64,000 nucleotides of DNA from Octopus vulgaris (Eukaryota): NCBI GenBank assembly GCA_951406725.2, contig OX597836.1, positions 558,001-622,000 on the forward strand. Direction: 5' to 3'. Positions 52,449-64,000 of the stretch are shown here, one piece after another; within the stretch, counting starts at the first letter, position 1, and the number at the start of each line of letters is the position of its first letter. The translations under genes were made by a program, and so were the position numbers. The notes beneath the pieces are model-generated. The model worked only from the letters and a program-made list of their open reading frames with translations. It was not told the DNA's origin and made no database searches.

Positions 52449-53999
52449 ATATATATGTATATATATATATACATATATATATGCATTTGTCCTTTATATA
52501 TATATATATATATATATGCATACATATTTGTCTGTAACTTAGTGGTTTGGCAAAAAGGATCCATAGAGAAAGTGCAAGGCTTAATTATTTAGTACTGGGA
52601 TTAATTTATTTGACTAAAAACTTTTACAAAGGAGGAGGGAGAGATTGTTTATCTGTGCCTGTATGAGTATGCACAAGTGTGTGTTTACCTGATTGGGTTT
52701 GCATGGTGTTCTATACTCAGTTGTTGCAATATATTTTGTTTTGCAGCACTTATCATATGCAAAATGACTGTATACACAGCTCTCACAACTCCAAACGAGC
52801 CAATATTTAACAATGATGCTCTTTGTGTTAAAAATGGTGTCCAAAATAAGCGAGATATCATGTATTAGAAGCTTAGTGCCCATTAACTGCCAGAGTTGAG
52901 CCATTCCAAAGATATGAAAATTATTGAAAACAATATACTCTAATAGCCCATCTGTGCAAGGTAAAACGAATATATTCATGCCTAATGGGACTTAGTGATT
53001 GTGCTGTACAGATAGGGATGAAAAATGCTTCAGTTTATAAATATGTCATTTTTCTTTAGCAAACTGAATGAAAGCTGCATTAGCAATGAAGGTGGGCTTC
53101 TGGAATTTGTTAATGTGTCATGGAATAGAGAAATCAATCAGAAATGATATATTGAAGTGTGACAAACATATAGAAGTAAACAGCATTATCATCAGACAGA
53201 ACAATCCCGGCTTTTTCAAATACTTCTGGAATAGAAACATTTGTAGAAGTAGAGTATATACAAGATCTGTCTGAAAAGAAACCAAACTTTTAAAACAGCA
53301 TGCAAGCCAGCAGGTAAATGTTTGCAACTGCAATGCTGAGTATGGGTGACCTCAACTTTAATTTAGTAATTAGCCACATCATGCCACATCAGTTAGCCAT
53401 TAATCTACTTGTGCCAGAGTGAACATACATTTAAGGCATTGCAAGCCTATGAAAGAAATATTTCAAAGAACATATTTATATTAAATTCTGTTTTAGATTG
53501 GAAAAAAAAACTTTGTATGGAAACTTTTCTAATGTGAAAGCAGGTCTATTGGGGAAGGTGGATTGAGTCACACATAATGTCACAAGCAGTACTGGTGTTT
53601 CAAATTGAGAACATCCAGCAATGATATCAAATCTGGATGATTTTCCACGACAATAGATGATGATCACATTGCAAATGAGTGTACTGTGATGCATGAAAAT
53701 TGTTCTTTTTTTTTATTTTGAAGTTTCTGGAGAAATAGGCATCTGTAAATGTTTGTGATAAAGGATTTTGAAAAGAAAATTGAAGATGCATTGTGTTAAG
53801 TAGAACTGAAACACAGTCAAATAACAATTGTTTAATCACATGGATGCTGATGAAAACTTTTTGAAAAGTGTCATAACAAGTGATGAAAATGGCTGAAGAT
53901 ACTAAAACAAAAATGCAGTTGTCACACGAATCTTGCTGTGACCCCAAAAAGCATGTAAGAGCCATTTAAAAGTGAAAGTGATGATTTAAAATATTTTTT

Positions 54000-54400
54000 G
54001 ACAGGAAGGCTTAAAGATTTTTACTTGGATGTGCTGAAGTGTTTGAGAGAAACTGTCTAAGGAAGCAGCTTGATGCATAGACAAACAAAACCTGCATGCT
54101 GCACCATGACAATACCCTACCTTCGAATCACTGTTTATCTATGACATTTTAACAAAGCATGAGACACTCTCATCCTCCAGCCAATCTACACTTTGGATCA
54201 GCGCCCCCTACAGACATTTTTTTGGTTCCCAAGGTAGAAATTCTTCCTCAAAGGTTGCTGATTTCAAATGAAGGAAAAGATCAAAGAATAATTGCTATGA
54301 GAACTGTGTACTAAACCCTGAAAACACATTCTAAAACTGGAAAAAAATTCTATAAGTTGTGCAATAACAGTGGAGGTAACTAGTTTGGAGGTTCTAAGTC
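54000..54400 (+). mobile_element. Mariner transposase remnant
   Basis: LKCLRETV*GS..., MLHHDNT (LHHDNAP), then QPIYTLDQRP (PPYSPDLAP-like) and FLVPKV. Confidence 0.65.
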
Positions 54401-54600
54401 TGATTAGAAGATAAAGAAATTGCATGTGAAATCAAAATTTGGCTCTGTTTTGAGAGAGATCTTGCACACACAAAGCAAACTGAATATGGAAAAGAAAAAA
54501 AGAATATGAAGAAAAGTTCAAGAGATGTTTACAGGTAATATTATTAGGAGAGTGATGCTCAAAAAGGCAAAAATGTTACTGAGCAAAAGATTGACACACA

Positions 54601-54766
<166 letters not shown>

Positions 54767-54779
54767 TCAATAGATTCAA

Positions 54780-55300
54780 CAAAGTATTTAATGGACATAC
54801 TCTGAGATTATCCTTCAACTGAGCACCTAGTGTAAAAAAGATTTTAGTAAGTAAGCGCAGACCTGAGGCTGAGGCAGAATGCTCATGCAGGAGTAATACA
54901 ACTTGTCCACTAAACAGCTTCTGCAATGTGGTAACAGTTGTTTATGAGGCAAAAGTGACAACAACAGGACCCAATGGATAACTGAGCATGTGCAAATATG
55001 TGGGGGAAATGGAAGGCCTCTTCAGAAACCATTTTAATAACTACAAGTCCTCATTCAACATTCCAGAGAGACGTAATGTTACAACCCTAGCTAAGCTTGT
55101 CTGAACTTTGAAAGAGAGTGCCATGGAGTACAACATAAAGTGGAAGGTCCTAGAAAGATGCAAACTGTACTTCAATAGCAGCGGGAAGTGCTGATTATGC
55201 TTGGCTGAGAAAGGAGTGATTTTGACCATCTGTAAGGAACCTTTCACCAATGCCCTTGAGCCTGTCAAAAAGAGTTTGACCAAAGCACACCCCAAGGCAC
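54780..55300 (+). mobile_element. Penelope-like element GIY-YIG endonuclease remnant
   Basis: VVYEAKV...YVGEMEGLFRNHFNNYKSSF...RNVTTLAK...YNIKWKVLERCKLY...KC*LCLAEK. Confidence 0.75.
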
Positions 55301-56082
55301 CCATGTACACACCTGCACACACCACCATAAGGTGGACACCCTACAAAATAAACTGTCTCCCACCACTTCCGACACATACACCTTCAAACAAATTATACCC
55401 CCAGATATACCCCCCCCCCCTTAGACATTATGCACCACGTGTTAACATAACCTCCCTTCCCCCATGGCTTTATCTTTTACTGAAAAAAAACAGACCAACA
55501 ACCACAGCTATATACACCTACACCCCTAGAAAAAGTTCTACATATGACACTGTTACATATACCACACAGCCCATCCCAACAGGAGTACTACATTCCAAAT
55601 ACACACATTCGCCACTTCAAGATAACTCTTACTGGCTTCATGGCATACCCAACCAAGGAACATAACTCCTAAACTAATCCCTGACTCTTTTTGTTCCACC
55701 ACTTTTTCACAGCAGCCGCTGACTTGTACTAATCCAACTCTTACAATAGGGAGCAGTCGCCATATTCCCTTTGGCTAACTCTGATGTGCATAAAGTTATA
55801 TAATCAGGTTGATGCCCAACACTCCGTTGTATTCTTTATGTAAAACTGATTGGTAAGACCAGCCATGATGGATATTTAATGCTATACATTTTGGATAATA
55901 TATATGTGTGTGTGTGTGTGTGTGTATATATATACTTTGGGTATGGTAGATGTGTTCAACAAAAATTTTGATTCAGATGAATATGGTACTTCAGTTGAGG
56001 CACCAGAATTTAGTTAAATTAGAACATAGAATTTGATTAAATTAGAACATCTGTTCTAATTTAATTAAATTCTATGTCTTTG

Positions 56083-56169
56083 TGCAGCTGAAGATTGTTC
56101 TGCATTCTAAATTGATGAAATGATTGCATTGTTCAATTAAATGAAGTTGCATGAAACGATCGTACTGCA
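56083..56169 (+). ncRNA. Hammerhead ribozyme-like motif (decayed, long stem II), probably the pLTR of the upstream PLE
   Basis: TGCAG-CTGAAGA-[58 nt imperfect stem]-GAAAC-gatc-GTA-CTGCA. Palindromic stem III ACGATCGT. Confidence 0.55.
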
Positions 56170-57654
56170 TTACCTGTAGATATCCTCATTACTTATTTTG
56201 ATTATATGCATATGCATATATATATATATATAAAGGTACAGTTAAGGTGTGACTGTGTGGTTAAGGAGCTTGCTTCTGAATCATGTGGTCTTGGGTTCAG
56301 TCCCACTGCATGGCACCTTAATGTTTACTAATATCATCTGGGGCTAACCAAAGCCTTGTGAATGGAGTAGTTTTCATATGCACAGTATGTATATGCATGT
56401 GTACCTCTGCATAGACACCATGTGATGGTCGAAAATGAACATCACAATCATATAAGCAAGGTTGTTCATTTCCAGACTTCTGTGCAAAACGTGCTTTGCT
56501 ACGGGAAAATATTGCCCTGCTTGGAAAGAGGGAAGCATTGGTGACAGAAAGGGCACCTGGCTATAGAAAATCTGCCCTAAAAAATTCCATCTGACCCATG
56601 CAAGCATGGAGAGGTGGACAGTGAAACATGATGATGAGGAGACATTTATACATTTCATCATTATCATCATAGCTAGCATAGGTGGGACAGTTTCACAAGA
56701 GCTGGCTAGGCTGAAGCCTGCACCAAACTCCAGTGCGGTTTGGCATAGTTTCTGCAGCTGGATGCCCTTCCTAATGCTAACCACTCTGAGAGTGTAATGG
56801 GTGCTTTGACATGTCACCGTCACAGGTGCCAGTTGCATGACACAAGTATTTGCCATGACCAAAACGATTTTACTTGGCTTGATGGGTCTTCTTCTCAAAT
56901 ATGGCATATTGCCAAAGGTCCTGGTCATTTGTCATTGCCTCTGTGAAGCCCAACGCTTGGAAGGTGCTTTTTACATGCCACCAGCACAGGGGCTAGACAC
57001 ATGACACCAGCATCAGCCACATTGCCTCCATACATATATATATCATCATCACCATTGGCTCTGATACCAAGTACTAGGCAACTGCCTATGGTCCTACAAT
57101 CTGGTGGGTGAGCCTCACATATTCTGAAGAATTTAGACAAAATTTTAAATCTGATTACAAACAAGGAAGCTGATTAACAAAGGGAGCTGGTGAGAATACC
57201 TTCGGAACAGAGGAGGAACATATAAAGTTGGCAAGGTGTAATGGAGGGTATTCAATGACCAGTCACATGATTTGGAGTGAAACATTTCAAACTTTACCAA
57301 ATTACAGATTTACTCAGTGATACACATAGTCATACAGCTGTTTTCTTTGTTTACAAGTGAATTATAATTTTGAAGGGTAAATTTTTCAGCTGGTGTAAAA
57401 GAGGTTGATGACCAGAGGAAGTAGAAGAGAAAGTAGTAGGAGCAGGAATTGCATATTGTAGGACAAGTCTAAGGTGCAAAATACCCATGGGTCAGTCCTA
57501 TGTGCAGGTGTGGCTTGCTTCCCAGCTATTTGCTTTCAGGTTCAGCCCCATTACAAGATATTTTAAGTGAGTGTCTTTTTTTATAGCCATTCCAATAGAT
57601 TTAGTAAATAGAAACTGAAAGCACATTGTTGCATACACATACTCATACACTCAT

Positions 57655-57694
<40 letters not shown>

Positions 57695-60578
57695 TACACA
57701 CACACACACATAAGGTGGATGTTTGTTAAACGATGATGATGTATGTACATATATGAGTATGTGTATGCGTGTGTCCCGTTGTATCATTTGATGTTTGTAA
57801 ATGAACAGTGCCATCATACAAGCAATAAAGTCATTTCTAATATCTCACGAAAAACCATGCCTGGTCTCAGGGAAATATTACCTTACTTGGAAACAAGTGA
57901 GGGTTGGCAACAGGAAGGGCAACCAGCTGATCAAAATCTGCCCCCAGTAAGTTCCATCTGGTTCATGCAAGCACGAACGAGTGGATGTGATGATGATGAT
58001 GATGATGATAATTATGATTATGATGATGGTGTGTGCATGTGTGTATGCACACACACACACACACACACCTTTACAAGAGTTTGGTCATATTAAGCCAAAT
58101 TTTTACTACTTACACACACACACACATACACACACAGGGACTCACATGTGCACACATTAAAAAGGAAATAATTGACAATTGTACAATAAAAATGTAGATG
58201 TGTATTTGTGATGGTGTGTGGGTGTGAGAGAGAAATATATATATATATACACAAAGTGTGTCTGAGTGAGTGTGTGAATGTGTATGATGTGGAGTGTTAA
58301 ATGTGATGTGAGTTTTCTTAATTCAAAAATGGAATTGGTTGACTAACAACTGAGTTTTTTTACACTAAGGAGTGAATAATAATGATAATAATAATGTTAT
58401 TCAAAGGATGAAGAGTGGTAATAATAATAATGTTTCCTTAATTAATCCTAAAGATTTCCAAAAAGGTCAGGAATGGTGCAAGAGGATACCAATATGGAGT
58501 TACATAAAGTGTGCGAAGAGTAAAAGAAACAAAGGAACAAAGAGATCAAATAATTCCTCAAAAGACAAGAGATCTTCTAGGACTGATCATGGAAGCTTAA
58601 CAAAACTAGTCATCCTGACACCTGGGGTAAGCGCCCTCTCCTTACCTTCTAACTTCTTCCCTCAGTCTACAGGTGCAAGTTCAGAACAAACCTTTTCACT
58701 TGAAACATCCTTTCCACTTTCATCCCCCTTTCAATGAATTTGCTGGGGATGCAGCACTTCCCTCTCTGCCCACACTTACCTTTTCAAGTGAAACTTGGAA
58801 AAGATAAGGACTTGGCCAAAGCGCAAGGTTTCTGTCTGCAACCCTTTCAGTCTTGTCTATCTCACAACCTCATTTGCCAAATCCATCAGATATAAAGACT
58901 ACCTGTCGCTCTCAGACAAAGGAAGCAGCAGGACAATCTTCCCAATGTACTCAGCTGATTGTCTTATCCATCCTATATATGACAGCATATGCCTGGCATG
59001 TGTCTATAAGTCAGAAATGCTAAGGCATAGGTTAGGGAACAGCTCAGGAAGTCTTTTTTTGTCATCTCTATGAGATTCAAATTAAATATTGGAATGTGTT
59101 AAACATAACATTCTTCTGTTCCTGATATTTAGCTACAACTCCAATTTTCTGTCATTAATGTATTCTTCATGTTATATGATTTTGTAACACGTGGCACACA
59201 TTACATTTCAACATTCTCTAGAAATCTGTTTTGTGACAGGTTGAAATAAAGGTAAGAAAATCAAGCGAAAGTTGAGTTGGCATCATAACAGCTGAAGCCT
59301 AGGGTCAAGGAAGTAGCTGAAATCGATATAAAAACGAAAAATTATCTAAGCATGATCAATATGCTTCTGTTATATCTGAGATAGATATTTACCATCAGTG
59401 ACAAGCTATTACCACTAGATTTGTTTATGCCCATGTCAAATTGGATCAAATAGATCTATAAATAAAATGTATTTCGATCATAACAATTGCCAATTTATAT
59501 TTTCAGCCAAGTGTATCATGAAACAATAATTTTAGGGTGTGATTTGAGGGAAATTTATCTTTAATTTCATCCTAGCCAGTAAGTGGCATTGCAATGATAA
59601 ATAATACTAATGTTGTCAGTTTCCTGAAACAATAGGCTCTATTCCATTAAGAGGATATCATTATATTGTATTAAAAGTATTTGAAGAACTATGAGAAATA
59701 ATATTGTAAATTTGCTATATTCCTATCTGCTTGATTTCCATCTTTACAAGGCAAAGATCTTTGATGTTTTTAGTTATAGAATTGGAAAGAAAATAGCATA
59801 TAAGAAATTGTATTTGTCACTCTATTTACAACTAAAGTGATACACTGTGGCTTTCTGTAGAACCAGTAGAAGCACATTTTAAAGTTTGAAGCTCATGGCT
59901 ATATGCTATCCACAATCCAATACCTAGCAAAAGTAGCATCCATAAATGGAATTAAAGTATTCTTTCAGAGCATACACTAATACTGGCATAGGCATATATA
60001 TATTTGTATATATGTCCTAGTTAAATATTTCAGATGTAAGACAAGTGACTCTTCAAGTATCTTGCAAACAATTAACAATGGATTTCTCATATAAGCACAA
60101 GACCTCAAATTTCGGATAATGGGCACTATACCAATGAAATCAGTTCAGAGCATGGCTGATGTTTATTTTATATTCACTCACAAAAGAACAAATAAGTGGT
60201 CAACTGTGGCAAAATTTGAAAGGCTCTCATGAACTACCATAAGGCATCCAGTCTAATATACTATCAATTCAGACACTCCACATTTCTTACCAGATAACAA
60301 TGAAGAGACTGAAAAGAGGAGAGAGAAAGAGAGAGGCAGACAGAGAAAAACAGAAACTTGCAAAGCCATCAATGAAATGTAGTTTTTGTTATGTAACGGA
60401 GGTTTGGAAGAGCTTGGTTTGTGTGATGAGTGTATGAAACATTAAGCTGCACAGAGCGGAATCAAACTATGACCACATGCATACTTACATACATATGTAT
60501 ATAAATATAAACACACGTACAAATATATATATGTATATGTATGTATATATATGTATAAATATATATAAACATACATAC

Positions 60579-60609
<31 letters not shown>

Positions 60610-60944
60610 GATATATATACATACGTATATACATATACATACAAATATATATACATATACATATATACATGCATACATATATATATATACACATACACAC
60701 ACATATATATATGCACATACATATATACATACACACACACATATATACATGCATGCATTTATATATACATACATATACACAGTAAAGTTTATTTGCCAAC
60801 GGAATGTGGCGGTCCTATAAAGGACAACGTTACTGTTGTTGAAGCTGCAGGGGAACATCTTTTGCAGCTGACTCACGACACACAGCCTGTCTCCATATAG
60901 TGTTTGCCAGAGAGGTCATCGCTCCCATCTCCAGCCTAACATGA

Positions 60945-61012
<68 letters not shown>

Positions 61013-61082
61013 CACATATATACATATACACATAAAATAAATAGCAGAAATTCCCTGCAAAGTGAGCGCACATAAATGTATG

Positions 61083-61148
<66 letters not shown>

Positions 61149-61232
61149 CATACACACACACATACCTATATATATGCATGCATACACATGCATAAATATA
61201 CATATATATGCATACATATGCACACACATTAC

Positions 61233-61319
61233 ATTATTATTATTATGGCTGCCCCCTTGTTATTGAGTATGGCCATTGCACGAAGCTTAACTGTTATTGG
61301 TGCTGTGATCGAATGTGAC
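61233..61319 (-). mobile_element. Short 3' tip of the C2H2-bearing LINE family
   Basis: Reverse complement of ~40733-40817 with only a few mismatches. Confidence 0.8.
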
Positions 61320-62319
61320 ACACATACATATATATGTACATACACACATACTTACACATATATATATGCACAACATATACATACACACACATGCACACAC
61401 ACACACACAAATACACATGTATATATATACAACGGGCTTCTTTCAGTTTCTGTCTTCAAAATCCACTCACAAGGCTTTGGTTGGCCCAAGGCTAGAGTAT
61501 CAGACACTTTTCTGAAGGTGCCATGAAATGGGACTGAACCAAGAACCATGTAGTTGGGAAGCAACGCCTACACCTATACCACTTACACACATGGGTTTGT
61601 ATGTATGTATATATGAAATGAATAGAGACAAAAAGGGAGTGTGAACGAGAGAAAGAGAAAGAGAGAGAAATCATAAGCACGACTTAGAATTTTCAGTGTT
61701 TTTCAGAGGTTGGTTAAATCAAAGTCGGATGTAGAGAGCAGTGGGTAAAAAACAAGTAACATTATTATTATTATTACCATCATTACTATCATCAAATAAT
61801 TAATGGTGTGTGATAATGGTGATTGTTACTGGACATGGTTTCAAAATGCTGGAACTGTGTTTGGTAAACCACTGGGGAACGGATTGATTGACAGATAAAA
61901 AGTTGAAAGACAGATAAATAGAAAGATGAACTGAGTGTGTGTGGGTGTGTATGTATGTGCAATAATAATAATGATAACAACGGTGATGATTTCTAATTTT
62001 GGCCCACCATATTTGTATGGAAGGAGTACGGCTGATTTAATCAACCATAAAACATGTCTGGTTCTTCTTTCATCATCATCTTATTCTTTTCAATGGAATG
62101 CAGCAACATCTTGAAAGTTAAAGAAGTGAGAAAAACAAGACTTTGTGATGTTCATGTTTTGTCCTCAAGAACACTAGTTAAAAATGTGAAAGTTGTGAAA
62201 CCAGGACTCAGCCAGACAAGATTTTGCCTTCTACTCTGCTTCAATTACTACCACAACCGCCACCACCACTACCAATAATAATAACGATAATAATAATAAT
62301 AATCAATAATAATAACAAT

Positions 62320-62619
62320 AATGGTTTCAAATTTTGACACAAGACCAGGGAGGGATTAAGTTGTTGCATTGATCCCAGTACTCAACTGCTACTTATTTTA
62401 TCCTTTCCTACTCTAGGCACAAGGCACAAAATTTGGGGGGAAGGGGCCAGTCAATTAGATCGACCCAGTATGCAACTGGTACTTATTTTATTGATCTTGA
62501 AAGGATGAAAGGCAAAGTCAAACAGGGCGGAATTTGAACTCAGAATGTAAGGATGGACAAAATGCTGCTAAGCATTTTACCTGGCTTGCTAACAGTTCTG
62601 CCAGCTTGCTGCTCTGATA

Positions 62620-62672
<53 letters not shown>

Positions 62673-62676
62673 GATA

Positions 62677-62738
<62 letters not shown>

Positions 62739-62742
62739 GATA

Positions 62743-62794
<52 letters not shown>

Positions 62795-63360
62795 TAATAA
62801 TAATAATAATAATCCTTTCTACTATAGGCACAGGTCTGAAATTTGAGGGAGGGGGTGGTCAGTTACATTGATCCTAGTACTTAACTAGGATTTACCCCAA
62901 AAGGACAAAAAGCAAAGTCAATCTTGGCAGAATTTGAACTCTGAATGTGAAGGCAGATGAAATATTGCTAAGCATTTTGCCTGGCATGCAAACAATTCTC
63001 CCAGCTCACCTGAATAATAGTAAAAACAGTTTTTTAATTAGGCTCCTAAAACAGTCATTTTAAAGGGAGAAGTTAGACAATTACTTCAATCTTCCTCAGT
63101 ACTTGACTAGTTACTTTATTTTTAGCAACCCCCAAATAGATGAAAGATAAAGTTAACCTTGGTGGGATTTGAACTCACACTGTAAAGAGCCAGAAGAAAT
63201 GCTACTGGGTATTTTATTTGATGTACTAATGATTCTGCCAGCTCATCAACTCTGAAAGGATGAGAGGTAAGGTTAATCTGAGCAGGATTTGAACACAGAA
63301 TATTCAGAACCAGAAGAAATGCTGCTAAGCAATTGGCCTGATATCCAAAAGATTCTGCCA
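62320..63360 (-). mobile_element. Cluster of co-oriented tRNA-derived SINE copies interleaved with (AAT)n/(GAT)n
   Basis: Repeated ...cccagta..actggtacttattt...gaaaggatgaaaggcaaagtc...gaatttgaactcagaa...gctaagcatttt...ttctgccag. Same family at 1-130, 15175-15395, 27180-27870 and 32870-33050. Confidence 0.8.
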
Positions 63361-64000
63361 ATAATCGAACAGCAAAACAATTTTAAGAAAAAATATTTGA
63401 AAATGTAGAGTACATTTAGCTAGATAAGTTTCTAAAAATATTAATGGAAACCCAACAAAATTATGAGAATGAATATCTGGTAATAATTTTCTGTTTTTGT
63501 ATGTTATATATATTTCTTTATTTTCCAACGGTTTAAATTTTTAGGACATCATTTTTGAGATGTCAAAATGAAAAACAGAACTTGCTGGCTGCTTTAGGGA
63601 TTCTCTTTAAGTAGCAAACAAAATATAATGACTTCATATAAAGTAATAAAGAGCACTGGAAAACAGAGTGGACATAGAGAAGGGTGTATGTGTTTTATAT
63701 ATATATATATACACACACTCACACATACATATGTGCACTCATATTCATCCAAGTTATCCTTATTATTAGGCAGAAATTTCCACAAGCCTATGTGAGCTGT
63801 ACATTCCAGAAAAATGCAGTTGGTTAAAAGGATAGGTTATATATTGAAGGGAGACCAGGTCATGCCATACTGTCCTGGCCAATCCCGCCTAGTTGTCATG
63901 AGTTATTACTGCATAAGCAGTAAAAGTACTGAGCAGAGCATTGATAAAAAAAGAGTCCTAGTCCTAGTCATGACCTTTGTGTCTTTTTTGTCTTACATAA

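Noticed and set aside
52700-53980. Non-repetitive stretch that might hide the upstream RRM1 exons or a DNA transposase
   Set aside because: No RTLFVSGLP or PVGFVTF-like translation and no recognisable transposase motif was found.

Overview
AT-rich, microsatellite-dense eukaryotic DNA. The SINE/LINE repertoire resembles coleoid cephalopod (Octopus-like) genomes, which is an inference from repeat style. The window is the interior of one long-intron minus-strand gene encoding a couch potato/RBPMS/MEC-8 family two-RRM RNA-binding protein. Three phase-compatible coding exons are clear (44051-43913, 42790-~42648, 17157-16952). A probable 111-nt in-frame cassette exon (28266-28156) has an acceptor that doubles as a 5' splice site (cag|GTAAAC), which is recursive-splice-site architecture. 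The start of RRM1 and the rest of RRM2 were not found and probably lie outside the window. The introns hold CR1-, RTE-, L1/Tx1- and R4-like LINE remnants, Penelope-like elements, Tc1/mariner fossils, tRNA-derived SINEs and several palindromic MITE/foldback elements. The most striking non-coding structure is a near-perfect ~170-bp-arm palindrome (18433-18780) carrying a minimal type I hammerhead ribozyme motif on each strand, ~1.3 kb upstream of the RRM2 exon. Further decayed hammerhead-like motifs lie at ~40.9, 49.4 and 56.1 kb. Most ORFs in the supplied track are microsatellite artefacts. Repeat boundaries were read by eye and are approximate.
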